The position numbers were made by a program, and so were the translations under genes. A stretch of 64,000 nt of DNA from Gracilinanus agilis (taxonomy: Eukaryota), in NCBI RefSeq assembly GCF_016433145.1, contig NC_058136.1, forward strand, positions 51,039,950-51,103,949. Reading direction: 5' to 3'. Below, one piece after another: positions 1 to 12,193 of the stretch. Positions within the stretch are counted from its first letter, which is position 1. Every line of letters starts with the position of its first letter. A model generated the notes under the pieces. It was not told the origin of the DNA and did not search any database. It saw only the letters and a list, made by a program, of their open reading frames with translations.

Positions 1-17
1 TTATTTCTGTCATATTC

Positions 18-20
<3 letters not shown>

Positions 21-85
<65 letters not shown>

Positions 86-110
86 CTTCTCTCTCCCCTT
101 CCCCCCTCTC
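21..110. repeat. (CT)n microsatellite decaying into a polypyrimidine tract
   Basis: Uninterrupted ctctct from 21 to about 66, then degenerate. It explains the ERERER ORF at 10-198. Confidence 0.97.
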
Positions 111-1003
111 CATACTTTCTTCTGGCCAAGTAAACATATATTCCCTGGAACCTGCTGCCACAAGCTAAAGAAAAACAATGAAGTGCATTCAAGACCAAGG
201 TGGCGCTGTGGATACAGCTCCCACAACTGGCTTCTCTTTTTAAATTAGCATTAACGATGTCATTTAAAATGAAGCCATGTTTTCTTTTTCCAGATTTGTG
301 AATTCTAAATGTTTATTTGCCTCTGCTATATTCTATTGCCTTAGAAATGCAATTAAATTAGTTTGTCAAGCTCCTTTTAATTATTGGTTTGTCTCACATT
401 TTATTAAAATGAATTAAAGGTGTGTTTGCCTTCCCTGAAAGGAAAGGCCTTTGATTGTCCTTGGGCTTTTCTGAAGGTGGGGAGTAGGGCAGAGAACTCT
501 AGCTGTTTAACAAAGCCATTGATTCTACACTGCTTAGGGTTTGGGGAGGGGAGCATTTCATATTTTAGAAAAATGATGCTGACAAAAAGAATAGAAAGGG
601 CTCTCAAATAATATATTTCATTCTGCATTACATAGGTTTATTTTATTTGGTTATTACTTAGGTTTAAAGCAGCTTAACAAATGACCTGACCTGGAAATTT
701 GCCCACTCATTCTGCTCTCCCTCCTGGCAATAGGCAATTGAGCTTGGTGGATAGAATTTCTATCTATGGAGGGTGAATGCTAACCCTTACCTTGCCATTA
801 ATTTGCTCTGTATTGAAGAACCAAAAACCATGACCCCCTTCTCCATTCTCAAAGATTTCTATTACTGAATTGGTTATGTGCTTGGCGACATCTTGTCAAT
901 GTGGTGAAAGGATCAAAAGGGCATACCCTACAAAGCTCCGGAACATGGACCTCAAGCTGAGTTGTAAAGTGGGTGTATTTGAAAGGAGATGAAGCTCAAG
1001 CAG

Positions 1004-1207
1004 GGGTTTTTTTTGTCTCCTCACCTTCCATCTTAGAATCAATACTGTGTATTGGCTCCAAGGCAGAAGAGTGGTAAGGGCCAGGCAATGGGGGTCAAGT
1101 GACTTGCCCAGGGTCACACAGCTGGGAAGTGTCTGAGGCTAGATTTGAACCTAGGATTTCCCATCTCTAGACCTGGCTCTCAATCCACTGAGCCACCCAG
1201 CTGCCCC
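1004..1207 (-). mobile_element. tRNA-derived CORE-SINE, opossum SINE1_Mdo-type
   Basis: Reverse strand reads ggggcagctgggtggctcagtggattgagagcc...ggttcaaatc...gtgaccctgggcaagtcacttgacccccattgcc..., with Pol III A and B boxes and an A-rich tail. Confidence 0.9.
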
Positions 1208-1654
1208 TCCTATTGACTTCTAAGAAGCATAGGAGAGTTCCCACATACTAGAGCTGAAGAAAGCTCACTAGGTCACCACAGTTAAGAAATTAACACCGAT
1301 ATCTGAAAAAACAGCTCTTAAATGACAAACTGTAAACTGTTTACAACCATAGCAATGAATGCTCCAGATCACTCATAATAAGATAAATGAAAATCAAAAC
1401 AACTCTGAGGTTTTAGCACATACCCATTGAAGTAGCAAAGATAAAAAAATGGAAAGAGCCCCTGTTGGAGGGGCTTTGGTAAAAGTGGAGCTTCCTTGAC
1501 GGAGTTGTAAATTAGTGTAACCATACTTAGAAAAAATTTGGAATTAAACAGATCTAGTGGCTAGAATTTCCATATCCCTTACCCAGAGATTCCACTGTTA
1601 CCCATGTACTCAAAGTAGGTCACTGATATATAGAAACGATTTACCTAAACTGTT

Positions 1655-2858
1655 GATTACCTTCTCCTCTTTAATAGTCCTCTTCTCTCTAAGTTCTCAG
1701 GTCGCCACTCTCTCCTGGACCTCTTCCTACCTATTTGACTACTCCTCGTTTGCTGGATCCTCTTCCAGATCATGTCCTCTAACTAACTATAGGTGTTCCT
1801 CAGGGTGCTGTCCTGGGACTCCCTTCTCTTCTCCCTCTATACTGTTTCCTTTTTTATCTCGTCAGCCTTCATGGATTTAATTGCCATCTCTATGCTGGTG
1901 ATTCTCAAATTTTCTCTTCTCTCCAGTCTCTCTGCTAACCTCCTATCTTGCATCTCCGACTGCCTTTCAAATATCTTAAACAGGATGTCAAGTTGGCATC
2001 TAAAATAGACCTTATTATCTATCCCTCTAAATTCTCCCTCCCTCTTGCCTACCCTGTTGTTTAGAGGGCCGCACCATCCTCCCAGTCCCTGAAGCTGACA
2101 TTCTAGGCTTCATCCCTCCATCTCACCAGTTGCCAAGGTCTGTTGATTTCACCTCAACAACATCTCCTGAATATGCCCTCTCTCCAGCTCGAGCATAGGC
2201 ACATCATGCCTGGACTATTGGAATAGCTGCTGGTGGTTCTATGTGCCACAAGTCTCTCTTCACTGCAATCCATCCTCCATTTAGCCACCAAAGTAGTTTT
2301 CTTAAAATGCATTTCCAGCTATACCACTCCGCTTTTCAATTAACTCCAGTGGCTCCAGCATCAAATACAAAATCTTCTCTGTGTAGTGAAAGCCCCTTAT
2401 CACCCAACCCCCTCCTACCTTTCCAGGCTTCTTCCACCTTACTCCTCACCATATATTCTTTGATCCAGTGACATTGGCTGTTCAATGACTAAGATACTCC
2501 CTTTCACGGCCCTGGGTATTTTTTCTTGCGGAACCCCCTTACCTGGAATACTCTGCCCCTTCTGTTCTGATTGCTGACTATCCTGGCTTTCTTTAAGTCC
2601 CATCTAAAATTCCATCTTGTAAAGGAAGCCTTTCCCCAAACCCTCTTAATTCCAGGGCCTTTCCTCTGTTAATTATTTACCAGTTATTCTGCATATTGAT
2701 TGCTTTGTATGTATTTGTTTGTGTTTTGTTTCTCTTATTAGACTGTAACCTCCTTGAGGGCAGGGACTATCTTTGCCCCCCCCCCCTTTTTTTTATCTTT
2801 ATCACTTAGCATAGGGTTTGGCACATAGTAAATGTTTATAATAAATGTTTATTGGTTT
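1655..2858 (+). mobile_element. L2 LINE 3' 1.2 kb (RT C-terminus to 3' end)
   Basis: 1792-1818 encodes GVPQGAVLG and 1885-1911 encodes HLYAGDSQI (YADD motif). The canonical L2 tail is present: tagactgtaacctccttgagggcagggact...ggcacatagtaaatg...ataaatgtttattg. Confidence 0.9.
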
Positions 2859-2976
2859 GATAAATCAAAATATAGTACCACTTTTATGTGGTAGTGAATG
2901 ACTGGAAGCAAAGTATATTCCCAATGAATGGAAGATGGTAAGACAAATTATGGAATTTGAATGCAGTGGAATATGA

Positions 2977-3190
2977 GAGGGCTAGATTTAAAATCAAGAT
3001 GACCTAAGTTCAAATTCTCCTTTAGATTACTTATTAGCTGTGTGACTTTAAGTAAGTTACCTAGTCTTGATCTGCAAACTGGGAATAATAATAGCACCTA
3101 CCTCTCTGGGTTGTTGTAAGAATTCAATGAGATTATATATGAATAGCACTGTGTAAACCTTAAAGCACTGTATACATGTTACTTATTATT
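2977..3190 (+). mobile_element. MIR-family SINE
   Basis: CORE sequence agctgtgtgactttaagtaagtta... and tail aaaccttaaagcactgtatacatgttacttattatt. Confidence 0.8.
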
Positions 3191-3569
3191 AGTACTACCA
3201 TTATTCCTGTGCTAAAAGAAACAAATGCAGTGACTAGGGAAAAAGATGGAAAGATTTACATTAACTGATACAGAGGAAAGTAAGTGGAGTCAAGAATGTC
3301 AATGGAAAGAGCAGCCCCCAAACAATGAAAAATAAGAGTTACAAAATTACAAAGCACAATTTTTATCACTCCAAGGAAGAGATAGGAGAAAATCACTCTC
3401 CCCTCTCCTTTCAAAGGAGTAATGGAGATTTCACAGGTGTGAAACATTGCATATATTTTTAATGTACTGATTGATTTTGCTGATTTTTTTTCTTCTCTTC
3501 GTCTTTGGAAAGAAAAAGTTATTTGTTTTAAGGGATGGCTCTTCAGGAAGGAGGAACCAGGAAAGGGAA

Positions 3570-3815
3570 CAAGTATTTATTAAATAACTCATCTGTTTTA
3601 AGCAATGTCACTTTAAAAATATTTTCTCATCTGATCTTTACAATAGCATTATGAAGTAGGTGCTGTTGTTCCCATTTTATAATTGAGAAAATAGAAACAA
3701 ACAGAGGTTAAGTGGCTTGGCCAGAGTCACATAGTTTTTTAATGTCTGATTTCATTTTTGAATTCTGGTGTTCTTGACTCCCAGCCAAGCACTCTTATCT
3801 ATTGTACTACCTTTC
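3570..3815 (-). mobile_element. MIR-family SINE
   Basis: cccattttataattgagaaaatag...agaggttaagtggcttggccagagtcacatag, the antisense CORE. Confidence 0.75.
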
Positions 3816-4980
3816 TAAAGTAGAAAGAGGAGTACACTTAGGAGATGTATATGCAAAAGGTACCAATAACAATTTTTTAAAAAAGATTTTCCTTTTGATG
3901 AGAGTGCAAGACAGACTCACTTTATACCAAATTCTGTTGTATAACATTATAATCATGAAGACTTACTGAAAGCATCTTGCTAACAACATTATTTCTTTGT
4001 GACTTTGAGACCAGGGCTTATTGTTATTATAAATGGCCATATACCTCCGGGTATTTTGTGTGTAGAGTCTGATGGGTTCAGAAAGTTACAATTTCAGAAA
4101 TCATATGATGAAAGTTTATGGGAACTAGATGAATAAGGAAAACATCAGAGATGTACATGTTAAATTTAATAATATGCCACTAGACTAATTAAATTATTCC
4201 CCACCTTCAGCTAGTTATGAGCAAAACATTTCCCTGCATTTTTGATGTAATGAGTGTAAAATGCTATAAATTAACATTTATTCTGTTACTTCCATTTAAA
4301 AGCATACTCAAGACCTCTGCCCTCCCCACAATGATGCTGATAAACAAACCCACCTGTTTATTATTATCTAAAAATTATGTGTACTCTTGTTTTAACAATA
4401 TAGTCACTGGGTGAAAAGACTCAATCTCATGATAGAATGTGATGGTAACAGCAGTCATTTCAAATTTCAGGATGTATTTTGTTTGAGAATCTTTTACCAG
4501 TAAGATTGTATATAGAGATCTAGCTTTGGAGATGCTCTAAGAATTCAAAGATCATGGTTATTCTTTAAAAAGTGCAACTTCAGTTAGATTATATGTAGAA
4601 ATTCCAATTTTTTGGCTTCCTCCTCCTGTTTGCCCATTTTTGGTTCAGCTTTTGTTTTTCAGAGCCATGAGCAGGTTCTGTTAGTGGTTCTGTTGTTGAG
4701 GGTGGGGAAGATGAAAGGCATTTTATAGAACTGCTTATTTTCCTTTTTCTGGGAAATATTTATTTACCCCCCTGGACTCATTTTCTCCCTAATTAGTCTT
4801 TCTCTTCCTTCTTCCTCAGCCTCTGTTGGCCTATATGTAATGTCCTTCTTGTGATGAGACTAGATTTAAACTAGGAAAGACCTCCTATAACCCAGCCCTC
4901 TCATTTGCTCTCCCCTCCTGGCTCCTAGGTTTGGGTTTTTGTTATCTTCTCACATTTCAACCCCCTCCAATAATCTAGGC

Positions 4981-5190
4981 CTGTGTTGTCAAACCTATGG
5001 CACTTGTGCTGGAGGGGACTGCTCCCTTCCACCTCTCCACCCACACCTGAGGACATTTCTCACATGACCTACCCCTCTTCCCAGCAGTCCAGTGGGAGTA
5101 TTTTCTCCCTTCCCTATCTGGGGTAAGGCAAGGGCTCACATGTGATGTGAAGGTTTGGGCACTCAGTCTCTAAAAAGTTTGCAGTCACTG
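4981..5190. mobile_element. Non-autonomous hAT DNA transposon (MITE), 210 bp
   Basis: Degenerate TIRs ctgtgttgtcaaacct / agtttgcagtcactg. The 8-bp TSD is atctaggc (4973-4980) / atgtaggc (5191-5198), 7/8 identical. Confidence 0.8.
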
Positions 5191-6369
5191 ATGTAGGCCA
5201 TTGAGCTATTAAGTTTCCTTTTTTCTCCCAGTACTTGGCTTTCTCTTTTCTTTCACTGTCTTTTTAGTTGTATTTCAGGTGGGTTTGCTGAGATGAGTCT
5301 CTTTCCTATCTCTTCAAATAGCTTTGAATTCAGCCCTGAACTATCAAAGGGAGACCAGAGGAGCACCCCAACCCTGGTAGTAATCAACTTGACCACTGAT
5401 CTAGAAAGGAGCCCTGGGGTGTTTTAGCTTGGGTGGAGAGCCAGGTGGGAGGTTGGTCTGACTTCTGGGAGTCAGGTAGTTGATTTACAGTCTATAAGTG
5501 AGAAAATGCATATGTAAGGAAAACTCAACCTCTTTCTTGGTTAATGATTTGATTTCCTAGTGGAAAGGATATAATCAGAAGACACTGACAATGAATGATA
5601 AGCTTTGCTTAGGATAAGGCTGACCCTAATTTAACTCCCTCTTAGTAAAAGTAAATGTAGCCTGGGCTAAACAACAGCAATTTATTGTGGTGCTGCCAAA
5701 GTGGGATTGAAGCCATCCATGTGCATACCAAAACCAGGGGGAGTGAGTAGATGGGTATTTTCCAGTCTATTGCAATTTTTCCAAAGAAAAGTTCTTCAGT
5801 GTTAAGTGTGCTTTCCCTTCTCCCGGACCATATCTTATCTGCTTAGAAGCTGGGCAGGATCTAAGAAAAGATTGCAGGCATCAAGCTATCACCAGGTGCT
5901 AACAGAAATTCTTTAAATGAAAATATGATTCTAGTGGTATCAAATTCACAAAACTAATAACTAGGGATTTGTCACCAAATGTTAATAAACAGAGACATGG
6001 TTGAGATTCCAAGAAGGAAATGACACAAAATGCTTCAATTATGAACTCATACAGAAAGCTGCTTAACAGAGGAATGGAATAATATCTCAAGCACTTCTTT
6101 CTGCATTTTCCCCTAAGCCCTTTCACAATTGCAGAACGGATGAGGAGCATGGCTGGGCCTGGAAGCCCACCTCTGCCAGTCATCTCCACACTGAGAATGT
6201 GAATTTCAAGGGTTTTCAGAGACTGCTTCTGAAAAAGGGAAACTGTTGGCACCCATACTGGCTAAGAATGTACAGAGAGAGACTTTTTCTTAAGACTATC
6301 TTACATGAATTCCCCTAGACTTGCCAAACGTATATATTAGAGGGTGAAAGACTAAGTATAATTGCTATT

Positions 6370-6600
6370 TATAAATGCAGTTTCTTTACAAGTTTCAGAA
6401 TGTACAATTTCTTTACAATTTAGAAAATGTGTTCTACCCACAACCCACAGAGCTATGTGCAGATATATTGACATCTCCATTTTACAGATGAAGTTGAGCC
6501 TCAACCTAAGTGAGGTCCATTTCATCATGTAGAAATAGTAAATTGTTGGTCTATGGGGCCTTCAAACCGAAGCCTCTCACTCCACGTCCCCAGGTCTTTC
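6370..6600 (-). mobile_element. MIR-family SINE, degenerate
   Basis: ctccattttacagatgaagttgagcctc, the antisense CORE. Confidence 0.6.
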
Positions 6601-7209
6601 CTCAAAATTGCTTAGTTCTTCATTGGGATTATTTATCAGCAAATTCCTTGCCTGCTCTTAAATTTTAATTGACATATTTTAACAGAACTTTTAAAAGTGA
6701 TTCCTGCATTTCAAAGAACATTTAGAATGCTTCGTGTGCCATAAACTTGGTCATTCATATAGCTCCTATTTATATAGGGATGCAAATTATGTGTCCAAAG
6801 TGGCTGCATAGACGACTTAGGCCATGTGTGACTTTAATCTTCTGTACAACATTTTTGACCAGTGGTTGGTTATCCAGCCTTCTCATGACCTTCGATGATG
6901 AGAATCTCACTGCTTTTCTTGATAACTTATTCCTTTTTGGAACTGCTCTGCCTCTTGCTGCCTCACAATATAGTGGGTGATAAACTTGTTCCCTGAGTGC
7001 CAACCTTGAGATGCACATTTGATGTGCATCTTTTAACGCATTTGTGCTTTTTTTTATTTGGGTGACTTTATCCCCTCAGTCACACCCAGACCAAGTATAA
7101 TGGAAATTGGTTGGCTTTTCAGACTTTTATTTCCTTGCTTTTTCTTTTTTCCTTTTCTCCACTTGCTCACTTTCTGGCCAGTGTATTAGTTGTGCCTTTA
7201 TTGAGTTGT

Positions 7210-7670
7210 TGTTTAGGGCTACTATATTTTGTTCAATGCAGGATCCACAGATGTTTAAGGCAAGGCCCAGCCTGTGCTATCAAGGAACCTACATGATTAG
7301 GGAGGCAAAAAAGGAAACACAATAAAATTATTGATAGAATAAGGTCATATGTGATATATTCCAAAAAGTAGTATTAACAATAAGTGATGTAGCACCTTAG
7401 AAGAAGAAGAGGTCACTGTGGGCTGGGCTTGAGCTGATTATTGGAAAATGTATAGAATTGCAATGAATTGGAGGAAAGCAAGAAGTATGCATTTCAAATG
7501 GACATATACCTGGTGCAGAACATGGTGGAGATTTGGAAGTTGTTTTCAGGGTTCAATATTTCTTCACTCTCTGTTAGAGCAACTAACATATGGGAATTTT
7601 AGCAAGTAAGCCTGGAGAGGTAAGGTGAAGTCAGGTTGGGAGTCCCAGAATGCCAGACTAAATTATTTGC
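7210..7670 (-). mobile_element. L2 3' fragment
   Basis: Purine-rich antisense L2 3' region (...gagaggtaaggtgaagtcaggttgggag...gaatgccagactaa). Confidence 0.6.
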
Positions 7671-8259
7671 CTACAGGATTAGTTACCCCACACCCATCCC
7701 ACCCCACTGTGTTAATCCCCTACTCCCTCCAAAGAATCCTGAATTGATTCAGATTCCAAATACTTTATTCAGTTTCATGGTCTTATAACTACAACTCAAT
7801 AGATAAGACCGTGGTACTTACTAATGCTACTTGTCTATATTACTTAATAAAGATTGCCTTGTTCTGTTCTGGCTTCCAAGTTACATTTTTTTTAAAGAAA
7901 AAGAAGACTTTTCAGTATTCCAAAGCCAGTTATGTTTGTGTTACTTAGACAGCTTTATAGGACTTCAGCGAAAGAATGTCAGATTTATGAGAATCAGCTG
8001 AAGATTTTTTTAAGACAATGAAAATGAGTTGTTCCCTGGGCATGTCATGAATGTTGAAAAGGCCACCATAGGGTACAAGGGCCTTGACGTATCTTAGAGG
8101 AGGATGCAGGTAACCTAGATATGCTCTACTTTATCATTTAACCTGATGAAAAGTTGGAAATAGTAATCAATCGATATTTCCATTATTTCTACAAAGTGTT
8201 TATCAGTTGACTCTGTAGTTCCACTTGCTTTGTTATTTCAAATGACTTCCCAAACCAAA

Positions 8260-8415
8260 ATACCTTTCCTTGGCCCTTCCTCCCTTATATATGTTGTCAT
8301 CCCTTACTAAATTATAAGCTTCACGGAGGTGAACCTACCTCTTTTCTGTGCTTATATCCTTAGCATTGAGCCCTGTGCTCAATAAGTACTTAATAAATGC
8401 TTTCCATCCATTCAA
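8260..8415 (+). mobile_element. L2 3' tail
   Basis: taaattataagcttc...agcattgagccctgtgctcaataagtacttaataaatgctttccatccattca. Confidence 0.7.
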
Positions 8416-8451
8416 AAACATAACCTTGGGGTTATAAAAAAAGGTCTATTC

Positions 8452-8650
8452 CATAGGATCATATATCTAGAGTTGGAACGGATTTCAGAAGCCATCTAGT
8501 GCAACCCCTTATGTTACAGATAAGGAAATGGAAGATGGAAGCCTACAGAATTCCATTGTCTTGCACAACAGTCACATAGGTAGCTGGCATCAGAAGTTGA
8601 ATTTTTGAACCCAGATCCTCTGAATCCTTTTTGACTCTACCATCCTACTC
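8452..8650 (-). mobile_element. MIR3-type SINE
   Basis: cataggatcatatatctagagttggaacgg...gccatctagtgcaacccc, an antisense L3-derived tail. Confidence 0.75.
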
Positions 8651-8939
8651 ACTCTTAGCACTTAAATGAAAATATCCTAATATCTAGAAAAGTATTAAAT
8701 CTTATTCTTCAGAAACAATGAAGTTCATGAAACTAGTACTGACTTAATCAGAACATGTATCTATTTTCCGCTTGTGCAATATAAAGTTATTATAACATTG
8801 TTCTATGGCCTTCTATTCCCTTCAGACTATGTATTCCATCCTCTACTGTGAATTGCAAACCCATCCAAGCACTACAATTCTGTTCAAGTCTTATCTATGT
8901 CTCGCCATAATGGATGGGGGCTTAGACTTGAACTCAAGT

Positions 8940-9140
8940 CCTTCTTGACTCTAAATCATATCCCAGATACCTTCTTGCTATGTGACCCTAAGAAAATCAC
9001 CTATCATCTCTGAGTCTCAATTTCTTCATCTGTACAATGAACCTAATAGTAATACCTACTTCCCAATGTTTATTGTAAGGCTCCAATGAGATAATGTTTG
9101 TAAGGTGCTTTGTAAACCTGATAGCACCATATAAATGAGA
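8940..9140 (+). mobile_element. MIR-family SINE
   Basis: gctatgtgaccctaagaaaatcacc...ctcaatttcttcatctgtacaatg...aatgagataatgtttgtaaggtgctttgtaaacct. Confidence 0.8.
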
Positions 9141-9896
9141 GAAGTCACCAAAAAGGTGATGGAAGGTCTCACACTGTAAATCTATTCAACCTCTGAAACA
9201 AAAACAAACCAAAAAAAAAAGACTGTTGTTCTCTATATAAAATAGTTGCAGCTCATCCCACAAGATAAGACAAAACCCTTGCATAAAGTTAAAAATTCCA
9301 TGAATAAACTCTGGAGAATGAGTTCTTAGAACCTTCCATGAGTGTCCTACCACCATTTCCACCCCGTTGCCCCATTAAGCACAAGCAGAATTACAGGTTT
9401 GTGACTTCTGGTTCAGCTATAAGGATTCCTCACAGCAATGATAAGTCCTGAATCTCCCTTCCTCCACTATTTTTGCAAGAAGAGTCAGGCACTGATTCTG
9501 CCCAGCCAATTGAAGGAAAGCAGAAGGAATTTAAGACTAAAATGTGGCACATTTAGTGTCAGAATCATAGGTTAAGAGGAATGAGGAGGGGAAATTGCCT
9601 TGGCCTTGATGGAAAGGGGACAGTAAACACAGCTAGAGCCAGTTTTTTCTTGAGGATTGTTTAAGGCAGGGACCCAACCTGACTCATCACCTTATCCCCT
9701 GACTTAAAAAAGATATGGCCTTCTAGTAGCTCAGTCTGTATGGTGGGAAGAGGAGGAGCCAAAGAGTTAATGACAGGGAGAGCTGAAATACCAACATATG
9801 GCAAGAGAAAGTGAATAAAAACCTAGCACACAAACAAACCAATAGAGAGGATCTTAAATATGAAAGGATGAGTAAAACCTTAAAGAGAAACTAAAG

Positions 9897-9907
9897 CACA
9901 CACACAC

Positions 9908-9943
<36 letters not shown>
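9897..9943. repeat. Compound microsatellite (CA)5C-(GT)12G-(TA)5T
   Basis: cacacacacac gtgtgt...gtg tatatatatat, read directly. Confidence 0.95.
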
Positions 9944-10674
9944 GTAGGAAAATGAACTAGGAGTACTTATTGAAAGACAGGCTCTGATATAGTCCCCAGA
10001 GGTCACTTTCCCAGGGCATGTAAGCTTGAGTGACTGGGAGCATAGGAATCAATAATAGTAAGGATGTTTGGAAGAGGAGAGAGTTGGGGCAGGAGAAGGA
10101 GATCATGAATTATGGTTTTGATCGTGCTTGAAAAGCCTTTGGGGGGCACTTAGGTTGCCATGTCCAAGAGATGACTAGAGATCTGTGACTATATAATCCA
10201 GGAAAAATTAAACCTTTTAATATAAATTTTAAAATACTAGAAGAGTAGGAAAAAGTAATACATGATTAAGAGTGTCTACTAATAAAGAGTAGCTGGAGGA
10301 AGGAGAACAAGTAACATATTTGGACCACAAAAATACTGAATGACAATAATATTTGGTGGAAGAGAAGCCAAAGGCATCCTTATTAAAAGACAACCTAAAG
10401 GATCCAAGGTCTCCCAAAGAACAAGACAGATTTTTATGACAATATGACAAGACATCAACAACAAAAAATTGGCCAGCACTTTTGAAAGCACTGATTCTGT
10501 ACATAGATTGCTAACAAGAAACTCTGCAAGACTTGTGCTTCCAAATCCAAGATTCAACATGGTAAAATTTAATAATTTTACTTATGAATGCTTATAAAAC
10601 CAATTTTTATTTGTTACACAGCTCAAGACCACCTTCTGCTAATCTAGTTTATAGATCTCTTTTGGGATTGCAGA

Positions 10675-10881
10675 ACTTGGCTTCTTTAACCAAGGGTTAT
10701 GAACATAAATATTTGGAAATTTGTGAACTTGAACTGAAAAAAATTGCATTAATTTCTAAATGAAATGTAGCACTTTCTTCAGTTATTTAAAAAATCGTGA
10801 TTCTGAGGCGAGGTCCTATAGGTTTCCCTAGACTACTCCCAAAGGGGTTCATCCATAGTTAAAAAAGGTGAGCAATCTTTG
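10675..10881. mobile_element. Old hAT-derived MITE (MER5/Charlie-like marsupial family)
   Basis: Ends resemble cagggcttcttaaac / ggttaagaacccctg-type TIRs. The internal tgattctgaggcgaggtcctataggtttccctagact...aaaggggttcat is typical of this class. No clean TSD. Confidence 0.5.
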
Positions 10882-12001
10882 TCCTATGGTATTTAGATTT
10901 ATCGCCACACAATTAAGCTCATTAACTGAACAACTCTATTTGTTTTGAGGCATTTTATTTGGTTTTTTTCTTCTTCTATTAGTGTTTTGGAGGGCAGGAA
11001 CACCCTGGAGAGAGCAGGTCCTGGCAAACCACTGAATTGAGAGTCCTAGAACTAGAGTTTGGATCTTGGCCCCTGAGGACCTTCAGCCTCATTAAAGGAG
11101 CTAAAGCTCACATGTGAAACAATTAGAATAATTACAATCTACATATGAATAAGAAGGTGGGAAAAACTCACTAATGATTTCTAGGAAAAGTCACAAAGAA
11201 TAGTTGGGAAGTAGAGGAGAGATTTTCTATGGAAAGGCCCATGGAATTAAAATTCTTTGGCCTAACAAAGAGAATGCAAAGGGGTGCACTTGATTATCTT
11301 CATATATTTGTTGGTTTCATTTGGGGGAAATGCTGATCAATTGTCCTCTGTCTCAGTGGAATTTCAAGAGTTCAGATTAAAACATGCTTTTCTGTGTCAT
11401 TGGGAAAAAGTTTTGACTATCAGAAATAAAACTTGGCTTGAGCTCCCAAGTGAAAATGTGGCATCTCTGTCCCTAGAAATCTATAACAAGATTAGGTGGA
11501 CATCTATCTTGAACGCTAAAGACCTTCATTGAATATAGGCCACTGGGCTTAATGATTTCTTATCTTGTATACTTCAGTTCTTTGTTTCTAACTGTAAGAC
11601 CAGGAGGTATAAACTTTATCCAGAATATTATGTTTTATTTTTGCCCATTCACTTGTTTTAGTTGGTGTCCAAGCTTAGCTTTATAGTAAGAAATATTTTT
11701 CCTCTTCATCTGAATGACTGTGGTTTTTATACTTCCCTTTGTTGCTACAAAAAGCAACAGACTCTACAGCATTTGGCTACTTTAGTCTTGCATGAGAGAG
11801 GGAATTTAATTGTCTCCTTTGGCTTCCCACAATAATCAGACCAACTGCACAAATGCCAGATCTCTACTGCTACCCTTTGGACCTAGTGTCATGAGAGTAG
11901 AATTCCTTTTCTTTGTGCTATTGCAGTCATTGTGGGAAGGGGCAAAGAGAACCTGTACTAAGGTATTGAATATAGGATTGCCAAAAAAGGATTGTCTATG
12001 G

Positions 12002-12193
12002 CAGTGATTCCCAAAGTGGGTGCCACCGCCCCGTGGTGGGTGCTGCAGGGATCCAGGGGTGCGGTGATGGCCACAGATGCATTTGGGAGCAGCAAATAAC
12101 TATAAGGGGGTGGTGATAGTATGTGACACGGGGTGCTAAGTAATATTTTTTCTGGAAAGGGGGCAGTAGGCCAAAAAAGTTTGGGAACCACTG
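12002..12193. mobile_element. hAT MITE, 192 bp, inserted in L2
   Basis: TIRs cagtgattcccaaa / tttgggaaccactg (13/14 complementary) and a perfect 8-bp TSD gtctatgg (11994-12001, 12194-12201). Confidence 0.93.

Larger units (their letters stand above)
1310..3545 (+). mobile_element. Old L1 3' portion (ORF2 C-terminus plus 3' UTR), split by an L2 and a MIR insertion
   Basis: 1375-1430 reads IIR*MKIKTTLRF (L1 REMQIKTTLR), and cccagagattccactg matches the DPAIPLLG region. L1 resumes at about 2860 (...aatgactggaagcaaag...gaatgcagtggaatat) and again at about 3195. Confidence 0.75.

Noticed and set aside
10-198. ERERER charged-repeat protein
   Set aside because: It is the translation of the (CT)n microsatellite.
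1557-2471. Ser/Leu-rich ORFs at 1557, 1793 and 2241, and similar ORFs at 12292, 14675, 22645 and 57999
   Set aside because: They are frames through decayed L2 elements, with frameshifts and stops.
700-5215. Short similarity between cattctgctctccctcctggc (about 709) and catttgctctcccctcctggc (about 4902) suggesting paired LTRs
   Set aside because: The match is about 20 bp and does not extend convincingly. No TG...CA ends or internal retroviral sequence were found.
6095-6210. Cryptic exon after the polypyrimidine tract ...ttcacaattgcag
   Set aside because: No formin similarity in any frame and only a weak donor; indistinguishable from chance.
10260-10560. Possible RTE/other LINE RT remnant (LEEGEQVTYL)
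   Set aside because: Only a vague resemblance to the ..EQY.YLG motif; downstream residues do not follow, so it cannot be supported by eye.
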